From: Candidatus Eiseniibacteriota bacterium
GTDB taxonomy: Bacteria; Eisenbacteria; RBG-16-71-46
DNA length: 64,000 bases
Reading direction: 5' to 3'
NCBI GenBank assembly: GCA_963776245.1
Contig: CAVZLN010000003.1
Span: forward strand, 416,001 to 480,000
Below are positions 27,566 through 36,996 of this stretch, piece after piece (position 1 is the stretch's first letter; each line of letters starts with the position of its first letter). Position numbers and translations under genes: made by a program. The notes beneath the pieces were generated by a model. The model had not been told where the DNA came from. It saw only the letters and a program-made list of their open reading frames with translations, and made no database searches.

Positions 27566-27739
27566 ATGAACGACGCTTCGAAGCTCGCCGCCCCGCGTCC
27601 TGATCGCGTGTCCATCTCGTGTCCGGGCTGCGGCCGCCACGACTGGGTGACGTGGCCCGCAGGCCAGGACGTCCTCCACTGGAAGTGTTTCAATTGCGAG
27701 AAGTCGTTCGACCTTCCCCGCCAGGGCGGAGGCCACTGA
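27566..27739 (+). CDS. 57-aa zinc-ribbon microprotein
   Basis: CPGCG...WKCFNC; TATACT -10 at 27514-27519. Embedded at the end of ORF 26942..27739. Confidence 0.7.
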   Translation: MNDASKLAAPRPDRVSISCPGCGRHDWVTWPAGQDVLHWKCFNCEKSFDLPRQGGGH

Positions 27740-27840
27740 TCCGCCCCGGGGCGCGAGGGCGCGCTTCGATGGAGCCGTCGCGTCGCGACATCGTGCGGGC
27801 GGATGCGCGCCGCCGCTCGTCTTCCGGAGACGCCTGCCCC

Positions 27841-28524
27841 GTGACCGACGACGCCAGCCCTCCCACCACCGTCCGCGTCAGCGAGGTGTTCCTCTCGCTC
27901 CAGGGCGAGGGACCCTCGGCCGGGAGTCCTGCGCACTTCGTGCGCCTGCAGGGCTGCAGCGTCGGGTGCCGGTGGTGCGACACGAGGTACGCGTGGGATG
28001 CCGCCGGGGGCCGCGCGATCGAGCTCGGCGCCCTGTGGGACGAGGCGCAGGCGCTCGGTCCCGCGCCACTGCTGGTGGTGACGGGAGGCGAACCGCTCGA
28101 GTGCCCGGCGCTCGGCGCCCTGCTGGACGAGGCGCTGCGACGCTGGGATCGCGTCGAGGTCGAGACCAGCGGGCTGCTCCCGCCCCCGCTGGAGCATCCG
28201 CGGCTGGCGTGGAACGTCTCGCCCAAGCTGCCTTCGGTGACCGGCCGCGCGGCCGACACCTGGGCCCACGCCGCGGCGTGGGTCGCCGCGCCCAATACCA
28301 CCTTCAAGCTGGTGGTGGGCGACGACCCCGACCTCGACGACGCGCTGAGACTGATCGAGCGCCATCGGCTGCCGCGCGAACGCGTCATGCTCATGCCCGA
28401 GGGGCTCACCGACGAGACGCTGCGCCGCCGCGCGGAGGTGTTGGCGGCCGCGTGCGTGCGCCACGGACTGCGGATGAGCCCGCGGCTCCACGTGTGGATC
28501 TGGGGCGCGCGGCGGGGCGTATGA
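27841..28524 (+). CDS. queE: 7-carboxy-7-deazaguanine synthase (radical SAM)
   Basis: VSEVFLSLQGEG, FVRLQGCSVGCRWCDT, TGGEP, VETSG, VSPK, SPRLH. Start approximate. Confidence 0.93.
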   Translation: MTDDASPPTTVRVSEVFLSLQGEGPSAGSPAHFVRLQGCSVGCRWCDTRYAWDAAGGRAIELGALWDEAQALGPAPLLVVTGGEPLECPALGALLDEALRRWDRVEVETSGLLPPPLEHPRLAWNVSPKLPSVTGRAADTWAHAAAWVAAPNTTFKLVVGDDPDLDDALRLIERHRLPRERVMLMPEGLTDETLRRRAEVLAAACVRHGLRMSPRLHVWIWGARRGV

Positions 28525-29219
28525 ACGCGCGCGCCGTGGTGCTGCTCTCGGGGGGTCTCGATTCGACCACGTGTCTGGCGTGGGCGCGGGCTCGTGGGTT
28601 CGAGTGCCACACCCTCACGCTGGACTACGGCCAGCGCCATCGGGTGGAGCTCGCGGCCGCCGCGCGCGTTGCGGCCGCGCTCGGCGTCGCGAGTCATCGG
28701 GTGGTGGCGGTCGACCTGCGCGCCATCGGAGGCTCGGCCCTCACGTCGGCGACCGCGGTGCCGCGGGACCGCGAGGAGGCGGAGATGGACGCGACGGTGC
28801 CGTCCACCTACGTGCCCGCGCGCAACACGCTCCTGCTCGCGCTCGCGCTCGGGCTCGCGGAGACCCTGGACGCCACCGAATTGGTGGCGGGCATGAACGC
28901 CGTCGACTACTCCGGGTACCCCGACTGCCGCCCCGATTTCGTGCGCGCCTTCGAGGCGCTCGCGGCGCTCGCCACGGTGGCCGGCACGCGGGGTGCGCGC
29001 TTCACCGTCCATACCCCGCTCATGGCCCTCGACAAGGCGGCGATCGTGAAGCTCGGCGTGTCGCTGCGCGTGGACCATGCGCTCACGCACTCGTGCTACG
29101 ATCCCGCGCCGGGCGGCGAGGCCTGCGGCCGCTGTGACGCGTGCCGCCTGCGTCTCAAGGGGTTCCGCGAAGCCGGCATCGCCGACCCGATCCGCTACCT
29201 GACTCGCCCGGAGGCCTGA
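28521..29219 (+). CDS. queC: 7-cyano-7-deazaguanine synthase
   Basis: LLSGGLDS, TYVPARN, YPDCRP, SCY...CGRCDAC. Confidence 0.96.
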   Translation: MNARAVVLLSGGLDSTTCLAWARARGFECHTLTLDYGQRHRVELAAAARVAAALGVASHRVVAVDLRAIGGSALTSATAVPRDREEAEMDATVPSTYVPARNTLLLALALGLAETLDATELVAGMNAVDYSGYPDCRPDFVRAFEALAALATVAGTRGARFTVHTPLMALDKAAIVKLGVSLRVDHALTHSCYDPAPGGEACGRCDACRLRLKGFREAGIADPIRYLTRPEA

Positions 29220-29221
29220 GC

Positions 29222-29590
29222 ATGCGGGTGGAGCTGACCAAGGAGTACGGCTTCGAGGCCGCGCACCGGCTGCCGCGGGTGCCCCCCGAGCACAAGTGCG
29301 CGCGGATGCACGGGCACTCGTATCGAGTCGGCATCACCATCGAGGGCGAGGTGGACCCGGCGATGGGCTGGCTCGAGGACTTCGGTGGCATCACCGCGAC
29401 GGTCGAGCCCCTGCTCAAGCACGAGCTCGACCATCGGACGCTGAACGACGTGCCCGGCCTCGAGAACCCGACCGCCGAGCGGTTGTGCGCGTGGCTCTGG
29501 GAGCGACTCGCGCCGCATCTCCCGCGGCTTTCCGCCATCACAGTGCATGAGACGTGCACCGCCCGCTGCACTTTCCGCGGGCCCCGCTGA
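29222..29590 (+). CDS. queD: 6-carboxytetrahydropterin synthase
   Basis: FEAAHRL, C.RMHGHSY, LDHRTLN, ENPTAE. Confidence 0.95.
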   Translation: MRVELTKEYGFEAAHRLPRVPPEHKCARMHGHSYRVGITIEGEVDPAMGWLEDFGGITATVEPLLKHELDHRTLNDVPGLENPTAERLCAWLWERLAPHLPRLSAITVHETCTARCTFRGPR

Positions 29591-29606
29591 CCTGAAGGGA
29601 CGTTCC

Positions 29607-30521
29607 ATGCCCCACCGCATCTTCGTCACCGGCGCCACCGGCTACCTCGGTGGCGCGATCGCGACGCGCCTGGCCCGCGACGGGCACACCGTGCTCGGCC
29701 TGGCGCGCGACGAATCCCGCGCTGGCGCGCTCCGCGCCGCCGGCGTGCAGCCCGTGATCGGCGATCTCGCCGAGCCGCGCACGTTCGTCGGCGCGCTCAA
29801 GAACTGCGACGTGGTGGTGCACGCCGCGTCCGATCCGAAGGCGGCCGCGCCCCGCGACCAGCAGGTGCTCGATGCGGTGCGCGCCGCGGCCGAGGATGGC
29901 CGCGTGCGCCGCTTCCTGTACACCAGCGGCATGTGGGTCCACGGCGACACCGCGGGCGCGACGGTGGACGAGGAGACGCCGCTCGCGCCGTTGCCGATCG
30001 TGCGCTGGCGCCCGGCCCACGAGGACCTCGCCCTCGACCTCGCGCGCTTCGAGGTGAAGACGGTCGTGCTGCGCCCCACCATCGTGTATGGAGAGGGGCG
30101 CGGGATCCTCGGCGGGATGTTCGCCGAGGCGCGCGACCGCCACACCGTCACCGTTCCGGGCGACGGGTCCCAGCACTGGGGCATGGTGCATCGCGACGAC
30201 GTCGCCGAGGCGTACGCGCTGGCGCTCGAGCGCGCCCAGGGCGGTGAGCGATACATCCTCAACGACGGTTCCGAGCCCACGCTGCACGCCATCGCCGCGG
30301 CGATCGCCCGGGCGACCGGCGCCGAACCGCGCCCGTGGGCCCGCGCCGAGGTGCTGAAGGCGCTGGGGCCCTACGGCGAGGCGCTGCTCGCCAGCCAGCG
30401 GTCGAGCGCCGCGCGCGCGCGGCGCGACCTCGGCTGGGCGCCGCGACATGCGTCGTTCGTCGACGAGATCGACTCGCTGTTCCGCGAGTGGCTCGCGGCG
30501 CAGGGCACACCGGTGGCGTGA
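29607..30521 (+). CDS. NAD-dependent epimerase/dehydratase family protein
   Basis: IFVTGATGYLGG Rossmann motif, YTSG.WV.G, VHRDDVA. Confidence 0.88.
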   Translation: MPHRIFVTGATGYLGGAIATRLARDGHTVLGLARDESRAGALRAAGVQPVIGDLAEPRTFVGALKNCDVVVHAASDPKAAAPRDQQVLDAVRAAAEDGRVRRFLYTSGMWVHGDTAGATVDEETPLAPLPIVRWRPAHEDLALDLARFEVKTVVLRPTIVYGEGRGILGGMFAEARDRHTVTVPGDGSQHWGMVHRDDVAEAYALALERAQGGERYILNDGSEPTLHAIAAAIARATGAEPRPWARAEVLKALGPYGEALLASQRSSAARARRDLGWAPRHASFVDEIDSLFREWLAAQGTPVA

Positions 30522-30616
30522 GCGCGCGCGGCGCGCGGAACGCCGGAGGCCCGGTCGCGCGCCGGGCCTTCGGCGTTCCCTCGCGAGGACGGAGCCGCTA
30601 GAGTCCCCGTCCTGCC

Positions 30617-32464
30617 ATGCTCGCCCGCTCGTCATCTTCCCACCCCGACCGCGCGCGTCTCGCCCTCGCGGCGTTCGCCGTCGTCGCCCTCGTCGCGTTC
30701 GCGGGGCGCGGGTGCATGCGCGGCGCCGTCGCGGCGCGGGTGCGGCATGCGGCCGCCGCGCGCGGGCTGGTGGCCACGTGGCGCACGCTCGATCTCGCCC
30801 CGCCGCTGCGGGTGCGGCTCACCGGCCTCGCGCTCACGCGCGCCGCGGAGCGCGACACCGTCTTCCGCGCCGAGTCGCTCGCCGTGATCTTCGATCCGTG
30901 GCGCCTGCTGGCGCTCCGCCCGACCCCCCGCGCGGTCCTGCTCTCCCACGCCCGCTTCGTGCGGCCGGCCCCGGCGGCGCCGGACACGCTCGAGGACGAG
31001 AGCCCGCGGCGCAACACCCGCCCCGATCGCTCGGCCAGGGTCCGCCGGCTCGCCGACGGCGCGGTCCAGGCGCTCCTGCTCCCCGCGCGCCGGCTGCCGC
31101 GCCTGACGCTGCGCGACGTGACGCTCGAGAACGCGCCGTCCCCCGACGAGCCCGATGCCGAGCCCGCCGCACTCCAGCTCCGATCGCTCGACCTGTGGCG
31201 CCATCGCGGCGGGGTCTCGCTCGAGGCCGCGGGCGCGCTCGCATTCAATCGCGCGATGCCGTTCCGGCTGGCGCTCGAATGGGGGGACGACGACCGGCTC
31301 GACGGCAGCGCGCGGATCGGCGTGCCGTACGCGGCGGGCGGACGGCTGGACACGCTGAGTCTCGGCGTGAACGGACGACTGCGCCAGGATCGGATCGCGG
31401 GCACCGTGGGGCTCACCGACTCGACGCGCGTGCTGGTGGGGGACATCCCGATCTTCCTGTCCGCCCGGGTGGCCCGGCGCGGCCCCGCGCTCTCGCTGCG
31501 TCTCACCGCCGACGGACTGACCGAGGAACGCCTGCTCGGCAGCCTGCCGCGCCCGCTGCTCGGCCCCTTGCTGGACCTCGCCGTCCTCGGCTCGTTCGAC
31601 TATCGGCTCGCGTTCGACCTCGACCTCGCCCGCCCCGACAGCGTGGACTTCCACGCCGACGTCGTGCCGCACGGCCTGATGCTCGACCTGTCGCGGACGC
31701 GCCTCGACATCGCCCGGCTCGAGCGGCCCTTCGTCGCCACCATCCATCTGCCCCACGGGGTGCGCGAGGTTCGCGACCTCTCGGTGGCCAACCCGCACTT
31801 CCTGCCGCTCGGCCTGATCGACTCGCTGCTCGTGCACGCGGTGATCGCCAACGAGGACGGCGCCTTCTTCCGCCACCGCGGCTTCAACACCGAGGCGGTC
31901 AAACTGGCGATCGCGGACAACATCCACGCCGCCGCCTACCGCCGCGGCGCGGGCACCATCACCATGCAGCTGGCGCGCAACCTGTGGCTCGGCCACGAGC
32001 GCACGCTGTCGCGGAAGGGCCAGGAGGTGGTGCTCGCGTGGGTGCTCGAGCACCTCACCGGGCTCACCAAGGACCGCCTGCTCGAGATCTACCTCAACAT
32101 CATCGAGTGGGGCCCCGGGGTGCACGGCGCCGACGAGGCCGCGCACTACTATTTCGACCACGGCGCCGAGCGCGTCACGCTCGACGAGGCGCTGTTCCTC
32201 ACCACGCTGGTGCCGGCGCCCACCCGGTGGCGCTACCGTCTCGAGCGCGACGGGACGCTGCGCACCTTCGAGCGCGCCCAGATGCGCTTCATCGGGCGCG
32301 CGATGGTGACGAAGGGCTGGCTCGATCCGGCCCGGCTCCCGCCGGCCGACTCGCTGCGGGTGGGGATCCGGGGCGCAGCGCGGGACGTGCTGTTCCCGCC
32401 GGACACCAGCGCCGGGCCGGCGGAGTCGGCGGCGATGGAGGAGGACACCCGGAGCGGGCGGTGA
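30617..32464 (+). CDS. Monofunctional peptidoglycan transglycosylase (GT51) with a long N-terminal region
   Basis: EDGAFFRHRG, GAGTITMQLARNL, RK..E, KDRLLEIYLN. No transpeptidase domain. Confidence 0.85.
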   Translation: MLARSSSSHPDRARLALAAFAVVALVAFAGRGCMRGAVAARVRHAAAARGLVATWRTLDLAPPLRVRLTGLALTRAAERDTVFRAESLAVIFDPWRLLALRPTPRAVLLSHARFVRPAPAAPDTLEDESPRRNTRPDRSARVRRLADGAVQALLLPARRLPRLTLRDVTLENAPSPDEPDAEPAALQLRSLDLWRHRGGVSLEAAGALAFNRAMPFRLALEWGDDDRLDGSARIGVPYAAGGRLDTLSLGVNGRLRQDRIAGTVGLTDSTRVLVGDIPIFLSARVARRGPALSLRLTADGLTEERLLGSLPRPLLGPLLDLAVLGSFDYRLAFDLDLARPDSVDFHADVVPHGLMLDLSRTRLDIARLERPFVATIHLPHGVREVRDLSVANPHFLPLGLIDSLLVHAVIANEDGAFFRHRGFNTEAVKLAIADNIHAAAYRRGAGTITMQLARNLWLGHERTLSRKGQEVVLAWVLEHLTGLTKDRLLEIYLNIIEWGPGVHGADEAAHYYFDHGAERVTLDEALFLTTLVPAPTRWRYRLERDGTLRTFERAQMRFIGRAMVTKGWLDPARLPPADSLRVGIRGAARDVLFPPDTSAGPAESAAMEEDTRSGR

Positions 32465-32497
32465 AGGCGGCCGCGCCGGGCCAGCGGGGGACACGGG

Positions 32498-32728
32498 TCA
32501 CCGCTCGCGGCGCGTCAGCTCCGAGACCGGGATGAACGTGCTTCCCGCGCCGGGTGCGGACGCGCGCGGCACCGCGCCGGGCGACGGGGCTCGGCCGCCG
32601 ATCGCGCATCCGGGACAATCCCCGCAGCCCGCTCCCTTGCGCGGGCGCACGCGCCGCGCCACCAGCCACACCAGCGCGGCGAGCGCCAGCGCCGCCGCCG
32701 CGGCGTCCTGCCCGCCGAAGGCGCGCAT
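32498..32728 (-). CDS. FeoB-associated small Cys-rich membrane protein
   Basis: TM helix followed by GCGDCPGC; ATG overlaps the feoB stop. Confidence 0.7.
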   Translation of the reverse strand: MRAFGGQDAAAAALALAALVWLVARRVRPRKGAGCGDCPGCAIGGRAPSPGAVPRASAPGAGSTFIPVSELTRRER

Positions 32729-34965
32729 CAGCCCAGCCCCAGCAGGCGACCACCCTGGTAGACCGCGAACGACGCGACCCACGCCAGCGTGTTCATCATC
32801 ACCACCATGAACAGCGGCCAGCGCCAGGAGTCGGTCTCGCGCCGCACCACCGCGACGGTGGACATGCACTGGCAGGCGAGCACGAAGAACACCATCAGGC
32901 TCACTCCCACCAGCGGCGTGTAGGGCCTCCCGCCGCGCTCGTCGGTAGCATCGCGCAGGCGCTGGCGCAGCGACACCGCGGCGTCCTTGGCGTCGCCGAG
33001 ATTGAACACCGTGGCCATGGTGGAGACCATGACCTCGCGCGCCGCGAACGAGGTGATGAGCCCGATGCCGATGCGCCAGTCGAAGCCGAGCGGGCGGATG
33101 GCGGGCTCGACGAATCGTCCCGCGCGCCCGGCGAAGGAGTCGCGCAGGGTGAGGCCGGCCAGCTCGCGCTGCAGCGCCGCCGCGTGGGCGGTCTCCCCGG
33201 CCTGCTGCGCCGTGCGGATGCGTCCGCGCAGCGCTTCGATGGCCGTGCCGCCGCGCGGATAGGAGGCGAGGAACCAGAGCACCACCGAGACCGCCAGGAT
33301 CACGGTCCCCGCCTTGCCGAGGAACAGCAGCGAGCGCTCGCGCACGGTCGCCACCACCGAGCGCCACGCCGGCATGCGGTAGGGCGGCAGTTCCATCACG
33401 TAGAGCGGCTTGCCGCCCCGGAGCACGGTGCGCTTGAGCATCCAGGCGACCACGATCGCGGCGGCGATCCCGAGGAAGTACATCGAGAACAGCGTGATCC
33501 CCGGCAGGGTGACGAATCCCACCCAGCGATTGGGCACGAACGCTCCGATGAGCAGGGCGTACACGGGCAGGCGGGCGCTGCACGACATGAAGGGCGCGAT
33601 CATCATGGTGGTGATCCGATCGCGGCGGTTGTCGATGGTGCGCGTCGCCATGATGCCGGGGATGGCGCACGCGAACGACGACAGCAGCGGGATGAACGCG
33701 CGCCCCGAGAGCCCCACCTTGCCCATCAGGCGGTCCATGATGAACGCGGCGCGCGCCATGTATCCGCTGTCCTCGAGGATGGACAGGAAGAGGAACAGGA
33801 TGGCGATCTGCGGCACGAAGGTGATGGTGGTGCCCACCCCCGCGATGACGCCGTCCACCACCAGCGAGCGCAGCGGGCCCGCGGACATCAACCCCTCGAC
33901 CCAGCCGCCGAAGCGGCCCACCAGCCAGTCGATCGCGTCCATCGCAGGCTGCGCCCAGGCGAACACCGACTGGAAGACGGCGCCCATGAGCAGCACGAAG
34001 ATCGCCGGCCCCCACACCCGATGGGTGAGCACCCGGTCGATGCGCTCGCGCGCGGGGTCGCGCGGCGCCCCCGGGGCGATCACCGCGCGCGAGCGCACGC
34101 GCTCGATGGTCTCGTAGAGCCCTTCGACCTCGTCGGAGCGCCACCCCGGCTCGGTGGCATCGAGCCGGCGCCGCAGGATGCGCAGATCGTCGAGCACGTC
34201 GGGGAGCGCGGCGCGCGCGAGGGCGTCGTCCTCGCCGTCGTCCAGCAACAGCGCCATCGCCAGATCGTGACGTCCGCGCTCGGGCAGCAGCGGGTGGCGC
34301 GGCAGCCGCGCCTCGAGGCTCGTCACGACGCGCTGCACGTGCGCGGGCCAGCGGCGGAAGCGCACCTGGGAGGGCTCGACCTCGCGGTCCATGAGGCGAC
34401 GCAGGTTCCCGATCCCGTGGCCGCGGGCCGCCACGATGCCCACCACCGGCACGCCCAGCGCCAGCTCGAGCGCACGCTCGTCGATGCGCAGTCCCTGCGA
34501 CTCGGCGGCGTCCATCATGTTGAGCGCCAGGACCACCGGGCGGCCGATCTCGATCACCTGGAGCGCGAGGTAGAGATGGCGGTCGAGGTGCGTGGCATCG
34601 ACCACGAAGACGATCAGGTCGGGCGGCGGCGTGTCGGGCTGGAGCCCGAGCAGCACGTCGCGCACGATGACCTCGTCGGGCGATCCCGGATGCAGGCTGT
34701 AGGAGCCCGGCAGATCGATGATCTCGACGCGGCGTCCGGAGGGCAGGCCGCACGAGCCGGTTTTCTTCTCGACCGTCACGCCGGGATAGTTCCCGACCTT
34801 CTGGCGCAATCCGGTGAGGGCGTTGAAGAGGGTGGACTTCCCGGCGTTGGGATTGCCGAGGATGGCGATGCGCCGCGGTCGCGCGACCACCGGCCGCGGC
34901 GCGGCGCTCGCCGGCACCTCGCGCAGCGCGGGCCGCGCGGCGCGCGGATCAGCGGGGCTCGACAT
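32728..34965 (-). CDS. feoB: Ferrous iron transporter FeoB
   Basis: GNPNAGKS, GNYPGVTV, DLPGSYSL, LEDSGYMAR, PFMSCSARLP. Confidence 0.97.
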   Translation of the reverse strand: MSSPADPRAARPALREVPASAAPRPVVARPRRIAILGNPNAGKSTLFNALTGLRQKVGNYPGVTVEKKTGSCGLPSGRRVEIIDLPGSYSLHPGSPDEVIVRDVLLGLQPDTPPPDLIVFVVDATHLDRHLYLALQVIEIGRPVVLALNMMDAAESQGLRIDERALELALGVPVVGIVAARGHGIGNLRRLMDREVEPSQVRFRRWPAHVQRVVTSLEARLPRHPLLPERGRHDLAMALLLDDGEDDALARAALPDVLDDLRILRRRLDATEPGWRSDEVEGLYETIERVRSRAVIAPGAPRDPARERIDRVLTHRVWGPAIFVLLMGAVFQSVFAWAQPAMDAIDWLVGRFGGWVEGLMSAGPLRSLVVDGVIAGVGTTITFVPQIAILFLFLSILEDSGYMARAAFIMDRLMGKVGLSGRAFIPLLSSFACAIPGIMATRTIDNRRDRITTMMIAPFMSCSARLPVYALLIGAFVPNRWVGFVTLPGITLFSMYFLGIAAAIVVAWMLKRTVLRGGKPLYVMELPPYRMPAWRSVVATVRERSLLFLGKAGTVILAVSVVLWFLASYPRGGTAIEALRGRIRTAQQAGETAHAAALQRELAGLTLRDSFAGRAGRFVEPAIRPLGFDWRIGIGLITSFAAREVMVSTMATVFNLGDAKDAAVSLRQRLRDATDERGGRPYTPLVGVSLMVFFVLACQCMSTVAVVRRETDSWRWPLFMVVMMNTLAWVASFAVYQGGRLLGLG

Positions 34966-35221
34966 GGATGTGCGCGGCTTCGCTGCGGCGAATGGAGAGG
35001 TGGATCTCGCGCAGGCGGAGTTCGACCGGATCGCCGAGCGGCGCGCGCCGCACCAGCTCGACCGCGGTGCCGGGGGTGAGGCCGAGCTCCATCAGGCGGC
35101 GGGCGATCGCCGGTTCGCCGGCGAGGCGCACGATGATCCCGGTCTCGCCGGGGGCGAGGGTATCGAGCGTGCGCACGTCGCGGGCCACGTGCTCGCGCGG
35201 TCCGCGAGCGCCTTCGCTCAC
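34949..35221 (-). CDS. feoA: Ferrous iron transport protein FeoA
   Basis: RRLMELGLTPG...APLGDPV...SIRRSEA; GTGA overlap with the regulator. Confidence 0.92.
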   Translation of the reverse strand: MSEGARGPREHVARDVRTLDTLAPGETGIIVRLAGEPAIARRLMELGLTPGTAVELVRRAPLGDPVELRLREIHLSIRRSEAAHIHVEPR

Positions 35222-35790
35222 GGACGCGGCTCCGAGCGTTCGATGTGCTGGATCGGCTCGCCCACCTCGCGCACCAGCGAATCGCGCAGGCACGAGTCCC
35301 CGCACAGGTCGCAGGCGCCGGGCGCATGGTGCGCGCAGGCGCCGGGGCTGGCGCGGAACGCGGCCCGGAAGGCGCGCGCGGACTCGTGTTCCGAACGCAT
35401 GAACGAGGTCAGGCGCAGCAGCTCGATCATCACCTGCGGGCTCACCAGGTGCTCGATCATGCACGCGTCCTCGCTCGCCACGTCCTCCGGCACCGCGAGG
35501 ATCTCGGACAGGAACACCGACAGCACCCGGCGATTCGACTCGGTGCGGCTGGCGAGCTCGCGTCCGGTGTCGGTGAGTTCGACGCAGCCGTAGCGCTCGT
35601 GGTCCACGAACCCGCGGGAGTGAAGGGTGCGCAGCATCGATGTGACGCCGCTCTTCGAGACCCCGAGCCGGTCGGCGATCTCGCTCACCTTGGCGAAGCC
35701 CTTCGCGGTCTTGATCGCGGCGACGGCCTGGAGGTAGTGCGCCATCGAATGGGAGACTTCCTTCTCGCCGAATCGCTTCCAAGTGTCCAC
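35218..35790 (-). CDS. DtxR/MntR family metalloregulator with a C-terminal Cys-rich tail
   Basis: SHSMAHYL..V...AKVSEIADRLGVSKSGVT HTH, DACMIEH metal site, tail CAHHAPGACDLCGDSC. Confidence 0.9.
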   Translation of the reverse strand: MDTWKRFGEKEVSHSMAHYLQAVAAIKTAKGFAKVSEIADRLGVSKSGVTSMLRTLHSRGFVDHERYGCVELTDTGRELASRTESNRRVLSVFLSEILAVPEDVASEDACMIEHLVSPQVMIELLRLTSFMRSEHESARAFRAAFRASPGACAHHAPGACDLCGDSCLRDSLVREVGEPIQHIERSEPRP

Positions 35791-35830
35791 GGGGCTGCTC
35801 CTCCTCGGTTCTGGCCGGCTGCCTCAACAG

Positions 35831-35848
35831 AGTTCATGCATCTTAACT
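35831..35848. promoter_or_regulatory. Candidate operator for the DtxR-family regulator
   Basis: AT-rich imperfect 18-bp palindrome AGTTCATGCATCTTAACT, 40 bp upstream of the regulator start. Confidence 0.5.
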
Positions 35849-36270
35849 TGCCCCATGGCAGTTGTTCAATCGTCGGGTCCAGCCGCCACGCCGCGACCGG
35901 TCAGCCACCCGTCCATGACCCTCGGAACCGCGACCGGAGCGCCGCGATCGAACCGCCGTAATGCGTTCACATCATGGTCGTTGTCCGCGCATCCGCCCGC
36001 GTCGCGGCAGACCCGGTGGAGGCCCACGCCCGAGTCGGCAGGCGCCCTCCGGACGGCCGCTCGACCCGGGCGAAGGGGGCTCGAGCCTGCTCAAGCCTGG
36101 CGGAGCGGATGCGGGCGCCGCGCCCACCGGCACCCCTCGGACCTGGGTCGGCGGGGCCGCGCGGGGGCCACTGGAGAACCCCGTCAGCGGGTCGTCGGGG
36201 AGATGCCGTGCCTCGTGTAGCATGCGCCGGTCGCGAGCATCGTCATCCGGACATCCGAGAGGTCGCAGCC

Positions 36271-36993
36271 ATGCCGTTCACCAACGTCTACGGGGATCCC
36301 CGCCGCGCGGCCTCGTACGCCCAACTCGAGTTCCCCGGCACCTACCACCTCGCCTATCGCGACCTGCCCGCGATCCTGTCGCAGCATGTGGGGGGGACGC
36401 GCGCGGTCGACTTCGGCTGCGGGGCCGGGCGCTCGACGCGGTTCCTGAAGGCGCTCGGCTTCGACGCCATCGGGATCGACATCGCCGCCGACATGGTCCT
36501 GCTCGCGCGCGAGCGCGATCCCGCCGGGGACTACCGCGTCCTCGCCGACGGCGAATTCGGCGACCTCCCGCCGCGGGCCTTCGACCTCGTGCTGTCGGTG
36601 TTCACGTTCGACAACATCCCGGGCTGGGATCGCAAGGTCGCCCGGTTCGCGGGACTGCGCGGCCTGCTCCGCGAGGGCGGCCGCCTGGTGAGCCTGGTCT
36701 CGTCACCCGACATCTACGTGAACGAGTGGGCCTCGTTCACCACCCACCGGTTCGCGGGCAACTTCGTGGCGAAGACCGGCGACCCCGTGTACACGGAGAT
36801 GACGGACGTCGAGGACCGCCGCCCGGTCGAGGACATCCTCTGGCGCGACGAGGACTACCACGAGGTCTACCGCCGTTCCGGGCTCGAGGTGATCGAGACC
36901 TATCGCCCACTCGGCCGCGGCGACGAGGGGATCGCGTGGGTCAGCGAGACCCGCATCGCGCCGTGGGTGATCTACGCGCTGAAGGCCGTCTAG
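36271..36993 (+). CDS. Class I SAM-dependent methyltransferase
   Basis: VDFGCGAGRS motif I, IGIDI, FDLVLS, LLREGG. Confidence 0.9.
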   Translation: MPFTNVYGDPRRAASYAQLEFPGTYHLAYRDLPAILSQHVGGTRAVDFGCGAGRSTRFLKALGFDAIGIDIAADMVLLARERDPAGDYRVLADGEFGDLPPRAFDLVLSVFTFDNIPGWDRKVARFAGLRGLLREGGRLVSLVSSPDIYVNEWASFTTHRFAGNFVAKTGDPVYTEMTDVEDRRPVEDILWRDEDYHEVYRRSGLEVIETYRPLGRGDEGIAWVSETRIAPWVIYALKAV

Positions 36994-36996
36994 CGA

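Noticed and set aside
27841..29590. queECD as part of a 7-deazaguanine DNA-modification (dpd) defence island
   Set aside because: No dpdA/tgt paralogue, helicase or nuclease nearby; ordinary queuosine precursor synthesis is simpler.
35860..36270. 400-bp gap with some GC pairing (GCATCCGC/GCGGATGC)
   Set aside because: No consistent strand-specific structure, known motif or credible ORF.
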